Below are positions 9,816 through 22,573 of a stretch of 64,000 bases of DNA, one piece after another. The notes under the pieces are model-generated. The model saw nothing but the letters and a program-made list of their open reading frames with translations, did not search any database and was not told the origin of the DNA. This DNA is from Squalus acanthias. Its lineage: Eukaryota. The stretch is taken from assembly GCA_030390025.1 (NCBI GenBank), contig JASTWF010000048.1, positions 1,116,001-1,180,000 on the forward strand. The letters are read 5' to 3'. Position 1 is the stretch's first letter. Each line of letters begins with the position of its first letter. The position numbers and the translations under genes are program-made.

Positions 9816-10727
9816 CAGACTCCAGGCGCAGTAATAAACGGCCGAGTGATTCTCCCACAGACTGGAGGACTCCAGGTAGAAGTGGGTGTTGTCGGGTCTC
9901 CTGGCGGTAAAACCGTCCAACTCACCAGACGGAGTGACCATTTCGGTGTAGCTAGAATAGAATATGTTCTCAGGCTCCCTGTTGGGATGCCACCGGTACC
10001 AGTAGAAATAGGAGCCAGCTGTTGCTTTTGTGTAAAGGCACTCGATGCGAATTGGAGTGCCCGGGGAACTGGATATGGAAGCGGGAGTCTGTTCGATCAG
10101 CACAGCCCCCACATCTGTAAAACAGAGAAAGAGAAAGAGTGATAGATAAACCCAGTGAAAAGTTGTATATAGACACCCACCACGAAGGGGCAGACGAGGG
10201 GAGAGAGAGTGAGGGCGAGAGGGAGCGAGAGAGGCAGACAGACATAGCGAAATGGAGAGATAGAGACAGAGACAATGATTGACAGAATGTGACACAGGGA
10301 GATAAGAGGAACAATCTACACATCGACAGAGGACGAGATAGAGCACACGAGGAGAGAGCGTTAGTAAAGAGAAAGAAAGAAAGAGGGAGAGAGAGTGAGA
10401 GAACCATAGATGCAAAGAGAGAGAGAGAGACTCGGAAAGAGAGAGAGTGAGAGACAAGGGAAATCTAAACGGACAGTCAGGCAGTAAGAGAGACTGAGAG
10501 AGATACAGCGGCAGAGGGAGAATGCGGCAGAGAGAGGGAGAAATAGAGAGAGGGAGACAGACAACCATAGAGAGCAAAATATAAACCGAGGTAGAGAGAA
10601 TCTACACCCGCCCGCGGTGTGAAGTGACACACGGGGAAATAAAAGTGAGGGGCGCTGGTATCTCACAGCCTAGCTCCACCATACCCGTTAACATCAGCAA
10701 CACAACCCAGAGCTGAGAGACAGCCAT
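9816..10727 (-). CDS. TRBV: TCR V segment family B copy 1 (B1), intact, TRBV30-like; leader 10727-10685, V exon 10114-9816
   Basis: Leader MAVSQLWVVLLMLT|GTATGG, acceptor TACAG. V exon VLIEQTP..IEC..FYWYRW..FYS..ARRP..YYCAWSL with a consensus 23-RSS. Confidence 0.92.
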
Positions 10728-11089
10728 CTCTGGAGGTAGAAAGATACGGATGTTTAATGAGTGAATTCACTGAGCTGTTTTATTGTAGAATATCACAAAG
10801 CTCTGAGCACTGTGTGGAATTTACTGTCCCATCCTCGCCAATGTTAAACATTCGGATGGGAGGGGCCAATCTCTCTTCACTTGTTCATTGGCTCCCACAT
10901 CGGGCTGGTCCTTTCCGGGGCTTGGCTAATGAGGACCCCGGATAATCGGCGGCCTGCCTCCTCCCTTTCAAGGCGAGGCCGGGGGTTCTTAAAACCTGCA
11001 ACAACCCCAAGACTCCATCTGGGATGTCAGTGATGTTGAGGGCGTGAGAAAAGGGAGTTATACTGTCTGTCTTACTCATTCTTTGGATT

Positions 11090-11690
11090 TAATCCTTATC
11101 TAATCAGTGAGTGAGGGGCTATATTCCGAATCTAACCAGGGACTGAGGGACTTTACACGGAGTCTAAATACTGACTGAAGGTCTTTACTTTGTATCTAAT
11201 CAGTGAGTGGTGGACTTTACTCTGTATCTAACTGATGGATCATGGGCTTTACACTGTATCCAAACAGTATATGATGTGGCGCACTCTGTACCTAATCGAT
11301 AATTGATGGGCTTCACTCTGTATCAAATTAATGACTCATGGACGCTACTCTATTCAATCGCTGTACGAAGCAGAGCTGCCCATTTATCTAACCCGTGCTC
11401 TCACTTATCTAAACCGTGTTGACCGGATATCTAAGCCGTGCTGCCCATGTATTTAATCAGTTCCATCCCTGTACCTAACCCGTACTGTGCCTGTATCTAA
11501 TGTGTGCTGTCCCTGTACAAAATGTGTGCTGTGCCTGTGTCTTTCGAGTGCTGTACCTGTATCTAACCCGTGCAGCCCATATATGAAATCAGTTCAGTCC
11601 CTGTACATATCCTGTACTCTCACTGCATCTTACGCATACCCTCCCTGTGTCAAACCCGTACTGTCCTGTATCTAACCCGTGCTGTCCCTT
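11090..11690. repeat. Degenerate TGTATCTAA-core minisatellites (~28-bp units, then 22-bp units) between the B promoter and the next C RSS
   Basis: GGGCTTTACTCTGTATCTAA.. and CTGTCCCTGTATCTAACCCGTA units. Paralogs at ~28010-28800, 38255-38690 plus 42165-42680, and 52325-53125. Confidence 0.7.
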
Positions 11691-11845
11691 CTCACACAAC
11701 AAACCCGTCACGCCCCCCACAACTTTCGCTCTGGATTGACTCCACTCCCAGCAATGCAGCGACTGGTTCGATGCTGAGCCCCGTTCTCAGCTTCACCGGG
11801 TTGCTGTTGCGCCACCCCCCCCCCCCGCCTCCTTTTGTCACTTTG

Positions 11846-12243
11846 GAGTCGCCAGGCGCCGTATTACACCCCCGAGTGGTTCGCTCGCATACGGGTCTAG
11901 AGGCGGTGAAGACGTCCACCTCTCCCGCTGGCTCGATGCGGTCGGTGTTGGGAGAGTAGAAGAGCAGCACGAGCTCTTCCACCGGGAGCTTACGGCACCA
12001 AGCAATCTCTGAGCTGAAGGAACCCTCCGCAGAACAGCGGATCCGCACTGGCGAGTGCAGGGAATCGGAGATTACAGGCGGACTTTGCTGAACTTTGCCG
12101 CTCGCTACACCTGCGAATAATTTGAAAATGATTGTGTTAACACAGGGGGCCGTTAAATTCGGAGCCAAACTGCGCCCAAGCAATGCCGAGGGAGACTTAC
12201 TGTGCAACAGCAGCGCAGACACATGACATCGGGTTAAATGCAT
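11846..12243 (-). pseudogene. TRBV: TCR V family C copy 2 (C2) pseudogene; leader 12243-12201, V exon 12110-11846
   Basis: KVQQSP..IRC..AWCRK..ASRP, then a 31-nt deletion, TAA at 11864-11866 and second Cys changed to Gly. RSS broken: CAAAGTG, 31-nt poly-G spacer, ACAGCAACC. Confidence 0.88.
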
Positions 12244-12711
12244 TTTGTTGTCCAGTTTGCAGAAGAGAAACACACCGGGATTTAGCAAAAATCTGCTCTC
12301 CCGGCGGCTGCCTGGCGGCTTCATATTGTTGCAGTTCTGTTTGATTGACAGCTGCTGGCCGAGCACTAAAGGCCGCGCCCCCTTACAGCCTGATTGACAG
12401 CTGTCGCTATAACCCCGCCCCCTTCCAGCTTCTCTCGACTCCTCACGTAACCGAATTCCCTCATCCCTGGTACAATTCTAGCAAATCTCCCCTGCGAGCT
12501 CTCTCTGGCCTTGACATCCTTCCGTTGCCTCGGATTGGACTCACATTTCTCCCTGGGGCTGCAGAAAATATTTTCTCAATTTCCAATAGTAGAAACAAAG
12601 CGAATAATGCTGTGAGGAAGTTGTTCCTCAATTCGATTCTGACACAGCCCCAGAAATAAAACAGTAAATTGGACAAAATTGAAATGCATCCTGGAGGTAA
12701 AATGTAATCAT

Positions 12712-12925
12712 GCAGTCCGTAAGGTTGACCCCGAGCTTCCGGTCGCTTGTCACTTTAATTCTCAGCTCCACTCCCACTCAGTCCTCACCGTCCTCGGCCT
12801 CTTACAATGTTCCAATGAAGCTCAACGTAAGTTCGAGGAACAGCACCTCATCTTTAGATTAGGCACTTAACAGCCTTCTGGACTCAACATCGAGATCAAC
12901 AATTTCAGACCATAAACACTGCCCG
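12712..12925 (+). mobile_element. Penelope-like element fragment (GIY-YIG endonuclease C-terminus)
   Basis: PVACHFNS..LTVLGLLQCSNEAQRKFEEQHLIFRLGT*QPSGLN. Replaces sequence present in the other units. Confidence 0.7.
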
Positions 12926-13299
12926 TATCCTTTTTTCCCAATGCTTTTCCTTCTTTCTTTCTGTCTTTCCTTCTTTCTTTATTTATCTCCAACTTTCTTT
13001 TTCTTTGTCTTTCATTCTTTGTCTATCACTTTCTCTCTTTCTTTCCTCATTTCTTTTATATTCAACATTTTTTTGTCTGCCTTTCTTACTTAACCCGAGG
13101 CTCCATGTGAGATGGCAGTAATGGTGAGTTTATTAAACAACCACTTTCTGCCTTTCTTTCCCCCTCTTTCAATCTCTCTTTCTCTTTGACATTCTACTTG
13201 CCTTTGTTTCCTGCTTTCATTCCATCGCTCCCTTTACTTTCTTTCTATTTTTATCATTAACTTTGCCTTCTTGTCGTCTCCCTTCTATGACTTTCTAAA

Positions 13300-14715
13300 T
13301 TAACAATAACAACTTGCATTTATATAGCGCCTTTAAAGTAGTAAAACGTCCCAAGGATTTTCACAGGAGCGTTATCAAAAAAAAATTGACAATGAGCCAC
13401 TTAAGGAGACATTAGGAAAAATGGCCAAAAGCTTGCTGAAAGAGGGTAGTTTTAAATGGCGCCTTAAAGGAGCAGTGAGTGGTCGAGAGGCGGAGAGGCT
13501 CAGCGAGAGATTTGAAGTGCTTACGGCCTCGGCAGCTGAAGGCACGGCCGTCAATGGTGAAGCAAATATAATCGGGGATGCGGAGCAGCCCAGAATTGAA
13601 AGAACGCAGATATCTCGTCCGGTTGTGGGGCTGGAGGAGGTTTCAGAGAGAGTGGGGCGTGCCACGGAGGGATTTGAAATCAAACATGAGAATTTTCAAA
13701 CGGAGGCGTTGCTCGACCGGGAGCCAATGTAGGTCAGCGAGCACAGGGGTGATGGTTGAACGGGGCTTGGTACGAGTTAGAATAGGGGCAGCACAGTTAT
13801 AGTTTAGGGAGGGTGTAAGGTGAGAGGCTGGCCAGTAGTGCGTTGGAATAGTCAAGTCTGGAGGTAACAATGACATGGATCAGCGTTACAGCAGCGGATG
13901 AGCTGAGGAAGGGGCAGAATCGGTGATGTTACGGGGGTTCAAGTAGGCGGTATTAATGATGGCATGAAGTTCTGCAGTGGTGTTCCCCAATGGTCAGTTT
14001 TGAAACCATTAATCTTTGCAATTTTTACAAAAACTTCCTAGTCTCGTTTGAAGGAGCAGTATCATCAAGTATTCAAATTACGCATAACCTTTTGAAATAG
14101 TAGATGGTGATAAGGATAGTTGTAGAATTGAGGATGACAAAGACAGGAAGGCGAAATCGGCAGAAGCATGGCAGATGGAGTTCAATGTGGAGAAGTGTGA
14201 ATTGGTCTACTTTGGAGCATTAATATGGAAGGACAGGATACTGTAAATGGCACGATTTTGAAAAGTGTAGATGAGCAGAGAAAACTTCGTGTCCATGTAC
14301 ATAAAACCTTAAAGGCGGCAGGTTAATTGATAATGTGGTTTAAAAAGCAGATGGGTTACTTGGGTTTATAAATAGTTCAATAGAAAATAAAAACAAATAG
14401 ATCATACTGGAACTTTAGAAAACACTGGTTAGGCCTCAGCTGGAGTACTCTGGACAATTCTAGCTCCTAACTGCAGGAAGGATGTAAAGGCCTTAGAAAG
14501 GGTACAGAGGAGGTTTACCAGGATGTTACCTGGAATGAGGTGCTTCAGATATGAGGAGAGGTTGGTAAAGTTAGGTCTGTTCTCCATGCAACAGAAATGT
14601 TTAAGAGGTGACCTAACAGAGATTTTCAAGACAATGACAGGTTTTGATTGAGCAAATTATAGAAGTAGATAAAACTATTCCCTCTGGCGAGTGTGTCAAT
14701 AGCCGGCGTTCATAG
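13300..14715. mobile_element. L2 3' end (-) plus CR1 fragment (+), short-type cassette block
   Basis: TITPVLADLHWLPVEQRLRLKIL. Paralog of 1530-2840. Confidence 0.72.
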
Positions 14716-15449
14716 TAAACTATAAAAATAGGCATGGCTCATTCTGCACCAAAGCAGGTCGTGGCACAGACTACATTGAAGCTACAGCGCCAGCTAATGG
14801 CAACAACGTGCAACTACAAGCAACTGGATCTTGTTACTTTCCAAGTACAACTGATTCGGTAGGTATTTTCTACTCATGTCCTGAAATTGATTTGGCTTCT
14901 AATTATTTTCCCATCTGCTTCAGATGTTGACGATCTAACATAGAATTGCATCGAATTTACAACACAGAATCCTGTCCAATTGGAAAATGCAGGGCTTTAT
15001 CATGTACAGGAGGCACCTCCCACCTCACTTCATCTCACCTTATCAGCAGAACCTTCTACTCCTTTCTCTCTAGAGTCTTTATCCAGCATCTATGGTATTT
15101 GTCTCAACCAGTCCTTGTGGTGGCATGTTCCACGTTCTCACCGCTCTCTGTGTCAAGAGGTTTTTCCTGAATTCCTTTTTTAATTTTGTAGTGACTATCT
15201 CATTTACTTGTCTCGTATTTTGGAACAACCGCATAAATTTAAACATAATCTCTACATCTACCCTATCAAAACCTTCCATGAACATAAATTATTCCAAGTG
15301 TGGTCTAACAACGCTATATGGAAACCAGCACTATGTATGGGATTCTAAGTGTTGTCTAACTAAGTTATATGGAGATTAGAACTGAGCGCTGGGCGCTGTT
15401 CTCTGAATCCTCTGTAAACTTACACGAGTCTTTCGGCAGCTCGTCTGAG

Positions 15450-15488
15450 GGTTTTTGTCTCGGAGGCGGATGACTCTGAACCGCTGTG
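15450..15488 (-). promoter_or_regulatory. 23-RSS of A2
   Basis: CACAGCG - 23 nt - ACAAAAACC. Confidence 0.94.
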
Positions 15489-16291
15489 TCCCATCAGTAG
15501 CTGCACAGAAATACACGGCCACGTCGGTGGGTTTGACGCTCCCGATCTTCAGAGTGGATTTCTTATTTTCCATTGTGCTCCTAATGGCAAACCCGCTCTC
15601 AAAACCCTCTCCATACTGAGCTTCACTGCTTAAAAAAATAGAGCCGATGTAGGTGAACCCTTGTCCAGCGGATTGCCGATACCACAGCATGTTATCGCGA
15701 GCTGTTCCATTCTGATAACAATTTAACTCGGCCTCTCCTCGTTGAAAAACAGAAATCGAAGTCGGCCACTGATGGATCACATCCGCCAACGGACAGTCTG
15801 AAAAGCAGGCGGCAGAGATGATTAAAAAAATATCGGATGTAATTCAGAAACACGGTTGGCTCTTCAACTAAAGCCCGGTGCGGAAAACCGGCATTGTGGA
15901 GCCTCCGATTCGCAAACGCCAGTTAAAATCTACACGATAATTATGGGATTATCGCCAAATGAACAACATACTGGCGATTATCTTAGAGTTAGGTAGTAAA
16001 GAACGAGATTCTGCAACTTTGAATTATACTGAGAACAATCTACGCATCAATTATTATTAAAACAGCTAAAATAACATTAATCGCCTTAAATTTTGTAGAT
16101 TAAAATAAATTCTCGATTTAAATATTTGATTGCTCATAGTTAATTGCTCGTTAATCATGATAGAATAGCACAATGTAGATTAGTAAATATTTTAATGAAT
16201 GGTGGATATTAGTACATCAAATATAATTGTTCAACATTAACTTACTCGGTGCCAGCAATAAAAGAGCAAAGGCCAACAAATTGAGATGCAT
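15489..16291 (-). CDS. TRBV: TCR V segment family A copy 2 (A2), intact; leader 16291-16246, V exon 15797-15489
   Basis: Leader MHLNLLAFALLLLAP|GTAAG. Open 309-nt V exon ending YFCAATDG, then a 23-RSS. Confidence 0.9.
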
Positions 16292-16702
16292 CGTTGAGGG
16301 AAATCGACGATCTAATGCCCCAAATGGGTACTGACAGAGAGAGTGACGCTAATTATTACGCATATGCAAAATCCAAGGATAGAACCGGAAGTTGCGTCGA
16401 TAAACAGAAAGAAAAAACTTGCATTTCTAAAGCGCGTTTCACGACCTCAGAACGTCCCAAAGCGCTTTGCAATCAATGAAGTACTTTTCACGTGTAGTCG
16501 CTGTCGTAATATAGGAAACGCGGCAGCCCAATCTGTGTAGAGCAAGATCTCACAAAGAGAAAAGTGATAGTTTAAAAGATAATCTTCTATTAAGTGATTT
16601 TGTTTCAGGAAAACATATTGTCCAGGACAACAGGAGAAATTCGAAATAGTATGAGGTCGAAAATTAACGTCCAGCTGAGAGGGAAGGCAGGGCCTAGGTT
16701 TA

Positions 16703-18458
16703 AGTACTCCCTTAATAATGCATCTTCCAACACTGCGGCGCTTCCTCAGTACTGCCCCTGCTACAGTGCGACGCTCCCTCAGTACTGCCCCTCCCACAGT
16801 GTAGCGCTCCCTGAGTACTGCCCCTCCGACAGTGCAGCGCTCCCTCAGTACTGCCCCTCCAACAGTGCAGCGCCCGCTCAGTACTGCCCCTCCGACTGTG
16901 CAGCGCTCCCTCAGTACTGCCCCTCCGACAGTGCAGCGCTCCCTCAGTACTGACCCTCCAACAGTGCAGTGCTCCCTCAGAACTGCCCCTCCAACAGTGC
17001 GGCGCTCCCTCAGTACTGCGCCTCCGACAGTGCAGCGCTCCCTCAGTACTGACCCTCCAACAATGCAGCGCTCCCTCAGTACTGCCCCTCCGACAGTGCA
17101 GCGCTCCCTCAGTACTGACCCACCGACGGTACAGCGCTCCCTCTGTACCTGCCCTCTGAGAGTGCAGCGCTCCCTCGGTACTGCCCCTCCGACAGTGGAG
17201 CGCTCCCTCAGTACGTCCCCTCCAACAGTGCAGCGCTCCCTCAGTACGGACCCTCCGACAGTACAGCGCACCATCAGTACTGCCCCTCTGACATTGCAGT
17301 AATCCCTCAGTACTGTGACTCAGATATTGCAGCGCTCCCTCAGAACTGCCCCTCGGACAGTGCAGTTCTCCCGCAGTACCGTCCCTCCGATAATGCTGCA
17401 CTCCCTCAGAACTGCCCCTCGGACAGTGCAGTGCTGCCTCAATGCTATCCCTCCGACAGAGCAGCTCTCCCTCAGTACTGACCCTCCGAATGTACAGCAC
17501 TACCTCAGTACTGCCCATCCGACAGTGCAGCCTCCCTCAGTACTGACCTTCCAACAGTGCAGTTCTCACTCAGAACTGCCCCTCCAACAGTGCAGCGCTC
17601 CCTCAGTACTGCCCCTCCGACAGTGCAGCGCTTCCTCAGTACTGACCCTCCAACAATGCAGCGCTCCCTCAGTACTGCCCCTCCGACAGTGCAGCGCTCC
17701 CTCAGTACTGACCCACCGACGGTACAGCGCTCCCTCTGTACATGCCCTCTGAGAGTGCAGCGCTCCCTCGGTACTGCCCCTCCGACAGTGCAGCGCTCCC
17801 TCAGTACGTCCCCTCCAACAGTGCAGCGCTCCCTCAGTACGGACCCTCCGACAGTACAGCGCACCATCAGTACTGCCCCTCTGACATTGCAGTAATCCCT
17901 CAGTACTGTGACTCAGATATTGCAGCGCTCCCTCAGAACTACCCCTCGGACAGTGCAGTTCTCCCGCAGTACCGTCCCTCCGATAATGCAGCACTCCCTC
18001 AGAACTGCCTCTCGGAGAGTGCAGTGCTTCATCAAGCTATCCCTCTGACAGAGCAGCTCTCCCTCAGTACTGACCCTCCGAATGTGCAGCACTACCTCAT
18101 TACTGCCCCTCCAAATGTGCAGCGCTCCCTCAGTGCTGCTCCTCCGACAGTGCAGCAATCCCTCAGTACTGCTCCTCTGAGTGCAGCGCTCCCTCAGTAC
18201 TGCTCCTTCGACAGTGCAGCACTCCCTCTGTACTGCTCCTCCGACAGTGCAGCTCTCCCTCAGTAAGACCCCTCCGACTGTGCAGCGCCTTCTCAGTACT
18301 ACCCCTCCAACGGTACAGGGCTCCCAGGTTACTGCCTCTCTGAGAGTGCAGCGCTGCCTCAGTACTGCCCCTCCGACATTGCAGCGTTTCCTTAGAACTG
18401 CCCCTCCGACAGTGCAGCGCTCCCTCAGTGCTGCCCCTCTGACAGTGCAGCACTCCCT
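16703..18458. repeat. 33-bp minisatellite upstream of A2 (~1.75 kb) with an internal ~593-bp duplication
   Basis: Tandem units. Distinctive variants (e.g. CAGTAATCCCTCAGTACTGTGACTCAGATATTGC) recur at offset ~593. Confidence 0.93.
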
Positions 18459-18649
18459 GATTTCGGCAATGAATTCACTTAAGTCGCTGAAGAGAGAAGC
18501 GAACCCACAACCTTCTGTCTCAGAGGCGCGAATGGTACAAACCCAGTCCCATCTGACAATATAGGATATTAATCTACAAAGATGCCTGAATAACTTTTTC
18601 ACATTGACTTACATAGGATCAGTGCCACAATCATGATTAGGTACTGAGC

Positions 18650-19260
18650 TTGGCGGCTTTATGTCATTGCAGTTATGTTTGATTGACAGCTGCTGGCCGC
18701 TCAGTCTTAGCCCTGCCCCTTTAAAGTCTGTTTGACAGTTGTCGACATAACCCCGCCCCCTCCCTGCTTTACTCGACTCTTCACGTAACTGAAGTCCCTC
18801 ATCCTGGTACCTTTCTTGTAAATCTCCCCTGCAAGCTCTATCTGGCCTTAACATCTTTCCGAGGGGGCGTTGCCCAGGATTGGGCGCAACTTTCTAGCTG
18901 GGGCTGGAGAAACTTGTTTTTCATTTGTTAAACATTACAACAAAAAGAACAATGTTGTGAGGAGATTATTGCTCAATTCGATTCTGACACGGCACCAGGA
19001 ATATAACAGTAATTTGGACAAATTGAATTGCGTTGTGGTGGTATAATGTAATCCGGCGTGTGCTGGTTTAGCAAACAGTTCCAGCTCAATCTTCAATCGG
19101 CTTCAGTTTGATTGGCATAGTGTCAGAGCCAAAATTTGCATCAAACAGTTACAATCGCCCCTGGAGAAAGTAAACACAATTAGCAGCAAATAAATTATAT
19201 TGGGCCACAGTATTCACTATCTGATTTTGATGATGTTTGACTCGTTGCAGAATTATTGTT
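18650..19260 (-). pseudogene. Orphan family C promoter/upstream region (coding exons and the neighbouring B gene deleted)
   Basis: Post-A sequence (compare 34764-34805) joins at ~18645-18652 directly to C upstream sequence (compare 12313 onward). Confidence 0.75.
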
Positions 19261-19729
19261 CTTCCTCTCTGTCTTCAATTCTAAAGTTCTTTCTATATTT
19301 CTTTAATTCTATCTTTCTGTTTCCTTTCTTCGCTTCTTTCTTTCTTTCGTTCTTTCTTTCGTTCTTTCTTTCTTTCTTTCTTTCTTTTTCCTTCTTTCTT
19401 TCGTTTCTTTCTTTCTCTCATAGTTTCTTTTTGTTTGTCTTTCATTCTTTGTCTCTCTCTTTCGCACTTTCTTTCCTCTTTTATTTATTACTTTTGTCTT
19501 CCTTTCTTACTTGCGTTCTCCCCGAAGCTTCGTGTGAGATGGAAGGAATGGTGAGATGGTTAAACAACGTCTTTCTCCCTCTCGTTCTATCTCTCTCTTT
19601 CAATCTCTGTTTCTCTTTGATTTTCTTAATGTCTTTCTTTCCTGCTTTCATTCCATCGCGACCTTAAGTTACTTTCTCGATTTTCATTAATTGTGCCCTC
19701 CTGTCGGCTCCCTTCTCTTCCTTTCTTAA

Positions 19730-21235
19730 TTAACAACAACTTGCATTTATATAGCGCCTTTAACGTAGCAAAACGTCCCAAGATGTTTCAAAGGAGCGTT
19801 ATCAAAAAAAAATTGACTCCGAGCCACTTTAGGAGATATCAGGGCAGATGACCAAAAGGTTGGTTAAAGAGCGAGGTTGTTAGGGGCGTCTTAAAGGGAC
19901 AATGAGGTGTAGAGAGGCGGAGAGGCTTCGCGAGAGAATTCAGGAGCTAACGGCCTCGACAGCTGAAGGCACGGCCGCAAATGGTGGTGCAATTAAAATT
20001 CGGAATGCGGAAGAGCCCAGAATTGCAGGAATGCAGATATCTCGTACGGTTGTGGGGCTGGAGGAGGATTCAGAACAGGTTGGGCGAGGCCACGGAGGGA
20101 TTTGAAAGCAAGCATGAGAAAATAAAAATGGGGGCGTTTCTCAATCGGGAGCCAATGAAATTCAGCGAGCACAGGGGTGATGGGTGAACGAGGTTTGGAA
20201 CTATTTAGAATAGGAGGAGCGCAGTTATAGTTTAGGGAGGTTGGAAGATGCGAGGCCGGTCATTAGTGCGTTGGAATCGTCAGCCTGGAATAACAACGAC
20301 ATGGATCAGGGTTTCAGCAGCGGATGAGCTGAGGCAGGGGCAGAATCGGTGATGTTGCGGAGGTTCAAGTAAGCGATCTGAGTGATGGCGCGAAGTTTTG
20401 CAGTGGTGATTCTCAAGGATCCGTTTTGAATCCGTTAATCTTTGCAATTTATGGAATCTTGCTAGACTCGGCTGTAGGGAGCAGCATTATAATGTTTGCA
20501 AATGATAGGAAACTTGCCAAAGGAGCAGATAGTGATGAGGATATTTATAGGCTTCAGGATGACATAGCCAGGACGGCGAAATGGGCAGAAGCATGGCAGG
20601 CGGAGTTCAACGTGGAGAAGTGTTAAGTGCTCCACTTTGGAGCATTACTGTGGAAGGACAGGATACTTTAAATGGCACGATTTTGCAAAGTGTAGACGAG
20701 CAGAGAGACCTTGGTGTCCCTTTACACAAATCCTTAAAGGTGGCAGGGTAATTGATAATGTGGTTTAAAAAGCACATGGGTTACTTGGGTTTATAAATAG
20801 ACCAATAGAAAATAAAATCAAAGAGATCATACTGGAAATTTAGAAAATACTGGTTAGGCCTCAGCTGGAGTATTGTGAACAATTCTGATACCAAACTGCA
20901 GAAAAGATGTAAAGGCCTTAGATTGGGTACAGAATAGATTTACCAGGATGTTACCAGGGATGAGGGACGTAAGTAGTGTGGAGAGGTTGGTAAAGGTCAT
21001 GAACAGCCATGATCACATTGAATGGCGGAGCAGGCTCGAGGAGCCGAATGGCCTACTCCTGCTCCTATCTTCTATGTTTCTATGTATTTTAGGCCTGTTC
21101 TCCTTGCAATAGATAAGTATAAGAGGTGACCTAACAGAAATTTACACGAGAATGTGGGGTTTTGATAGAGAAAACTATTGAATAAGAAAAAAACATTTCC
21201 TCTGGCGAGTGAGTCAATAGCCAGAGGTCATAGAA
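19730..21235. mobile_element. L2 3' end (-) plus CR1 fragment (+), with a short CR1-tail insertion at ~20996-21087
   Basis: Paralog of 13300-14715. SSIIMFANDRKL..WQAEFNVEKC. Confidence 0.7.
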
Positions 21236-21659
21236 ACCTATAAAAATAGGCGTGGCTCATCCTGTGTCAAAGCAGGTCGTGGCACAGGTTATAAAGAAAC
21301 TACAGCGTCAGCTACTGGCCACAACGAGCAACTACAAGCAACTGAGTCTTGATACATTCTCGGTACAACTATTTTGGTGGGAATATGCAATTAATGACAT
21401 GAAATTCAACCGCTTTCCAATAATTTTGTCCTCTCCTTCAGATTTTGACGATCTTACATAGAATTACATCGAATTTACAGCACGAAATCCTGTCCAACTG
21501 CTCCATGCAGGGGTGTATCCTCTACACGAGCCTCCTCCCACCTCACTTCATCTCACCCAATCAGCAGAACCTTCTATTCCTCTCTCCCTGGTGTCTTTAT
21601 CCAGCTTCTATGGTATATGCTTCAAGCAGTCCTTGTGGAAGTAAGTTCCACATTCTCAC

Positions 21660-22573
21660 TGGGTGGGCGTGTGTGCTGCGAGGAGGATGCCGAGAAACTC
21701 CAGTATGATTTGGACAGGTTGGGTGATTTTCAGAAGCGTGGCAGATGCAATATAACGTGGATAAATGCGAGGTTATCCACTTTGGTGTCAAAAACAGAAA
21801 GGCAGATTATTATCTGAATGGCAATAGATTGGCAGCAGGGGCACTGCAACGAGACCTGGGTGTCCTTGTGCACCAGTCGCTGAAGGTAAGCATGCAGGTG
21901 CAGCAGGCGGTTAAGAAGGCAAATGGTATGTTGGACTTCATAGGGAGAGTGATTGAGTACAGGAACAAGGATGTCTTGCTGCCGTTGTACATGGCCTTGG
22001 TGAGACCACACCTTGAGTACTGTGTGCAGTTTTGGTCGCCTTATCTGAGGAAGGATGTTCTTGCCATGGAAGGAGTTCAGCGAAGATTCACAAGGCTGAT
22101 ACCTCGGGTGGCAGGAATGACGTATGAAGAAAGATTGGGTCGATTGGGCTTATACTCGCTGGAGTTTAGAAGAATGTGAGGTGATCTCATTGAAACTTAT
22201 AACATTCTGACAGGGCAGGACAAACTAGATGCAGCAAGGATGTTCCCGATGGTCGGGGAGTCCAGAACCTGGGGTCACAGTCTAAGGATAAGGGGTAAGC
22301 CATTTAGGACAGAAATGAGGAGGAATTTCTTCACCCAGAGAGTGGTGAAGCTTTGGAATTCTCTGCCACAGAAGGCAGTAGAGGCCAATTCATTAAATAG
22401 ATTCAAGAAGGAGTAGGATATATTTCTAAAGGCTAAAGGGATCAAGGGATATGGAGAGAAAGCAGGGACAGTGTACTGAATTTGGATGATCAGCCATTAT
22501 CGCATTGAATGGCGGAGCAGGCAAGAGGGGCCGAATGGCCTACATCTGCTCCTATCTTCTATGATTCTATGAT
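21660..22573 (+). mobile_element. Younger CR1-type LINE 3' fragment inserted downstream of A3
   Basis: MQYNVDKCEVIHFG..LVRPHLEYCVQFWSP..VQRRFTRLIP, with an (ATGATTCT)n tail. Interrupts CATTCTCAC|CACTCTC, which is intact in other units. Confidence 0.88.

Noticed and set aside
9813-10142. 109-aa antisense ORF over family B V exons
   Set aside because: It starts at the GTG in the heptamer, is a shadow of the conserved sense exon, and has no recognisable protein features.
10115-10577. Leu/Ser-rich in-frame extensions of B ORFs (226-296 aa)
   Set aside because: They are read-through of the CT-rich intron. Proper leader exons with canonical splice sites lie upstream.
16703-18458. Possible CRISPR array or array of RSS heptamers (GACAGTG/CACTGTC in every unit)
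   Set aside because: The units are contiguous tandem repeats with no unique spacers, in eukaryotic DNA. Heptamer-like words lack the first C or any nonamer at 12 or 23 nt. The occasional CACAGTG (16795, 34593) has no nonamer.
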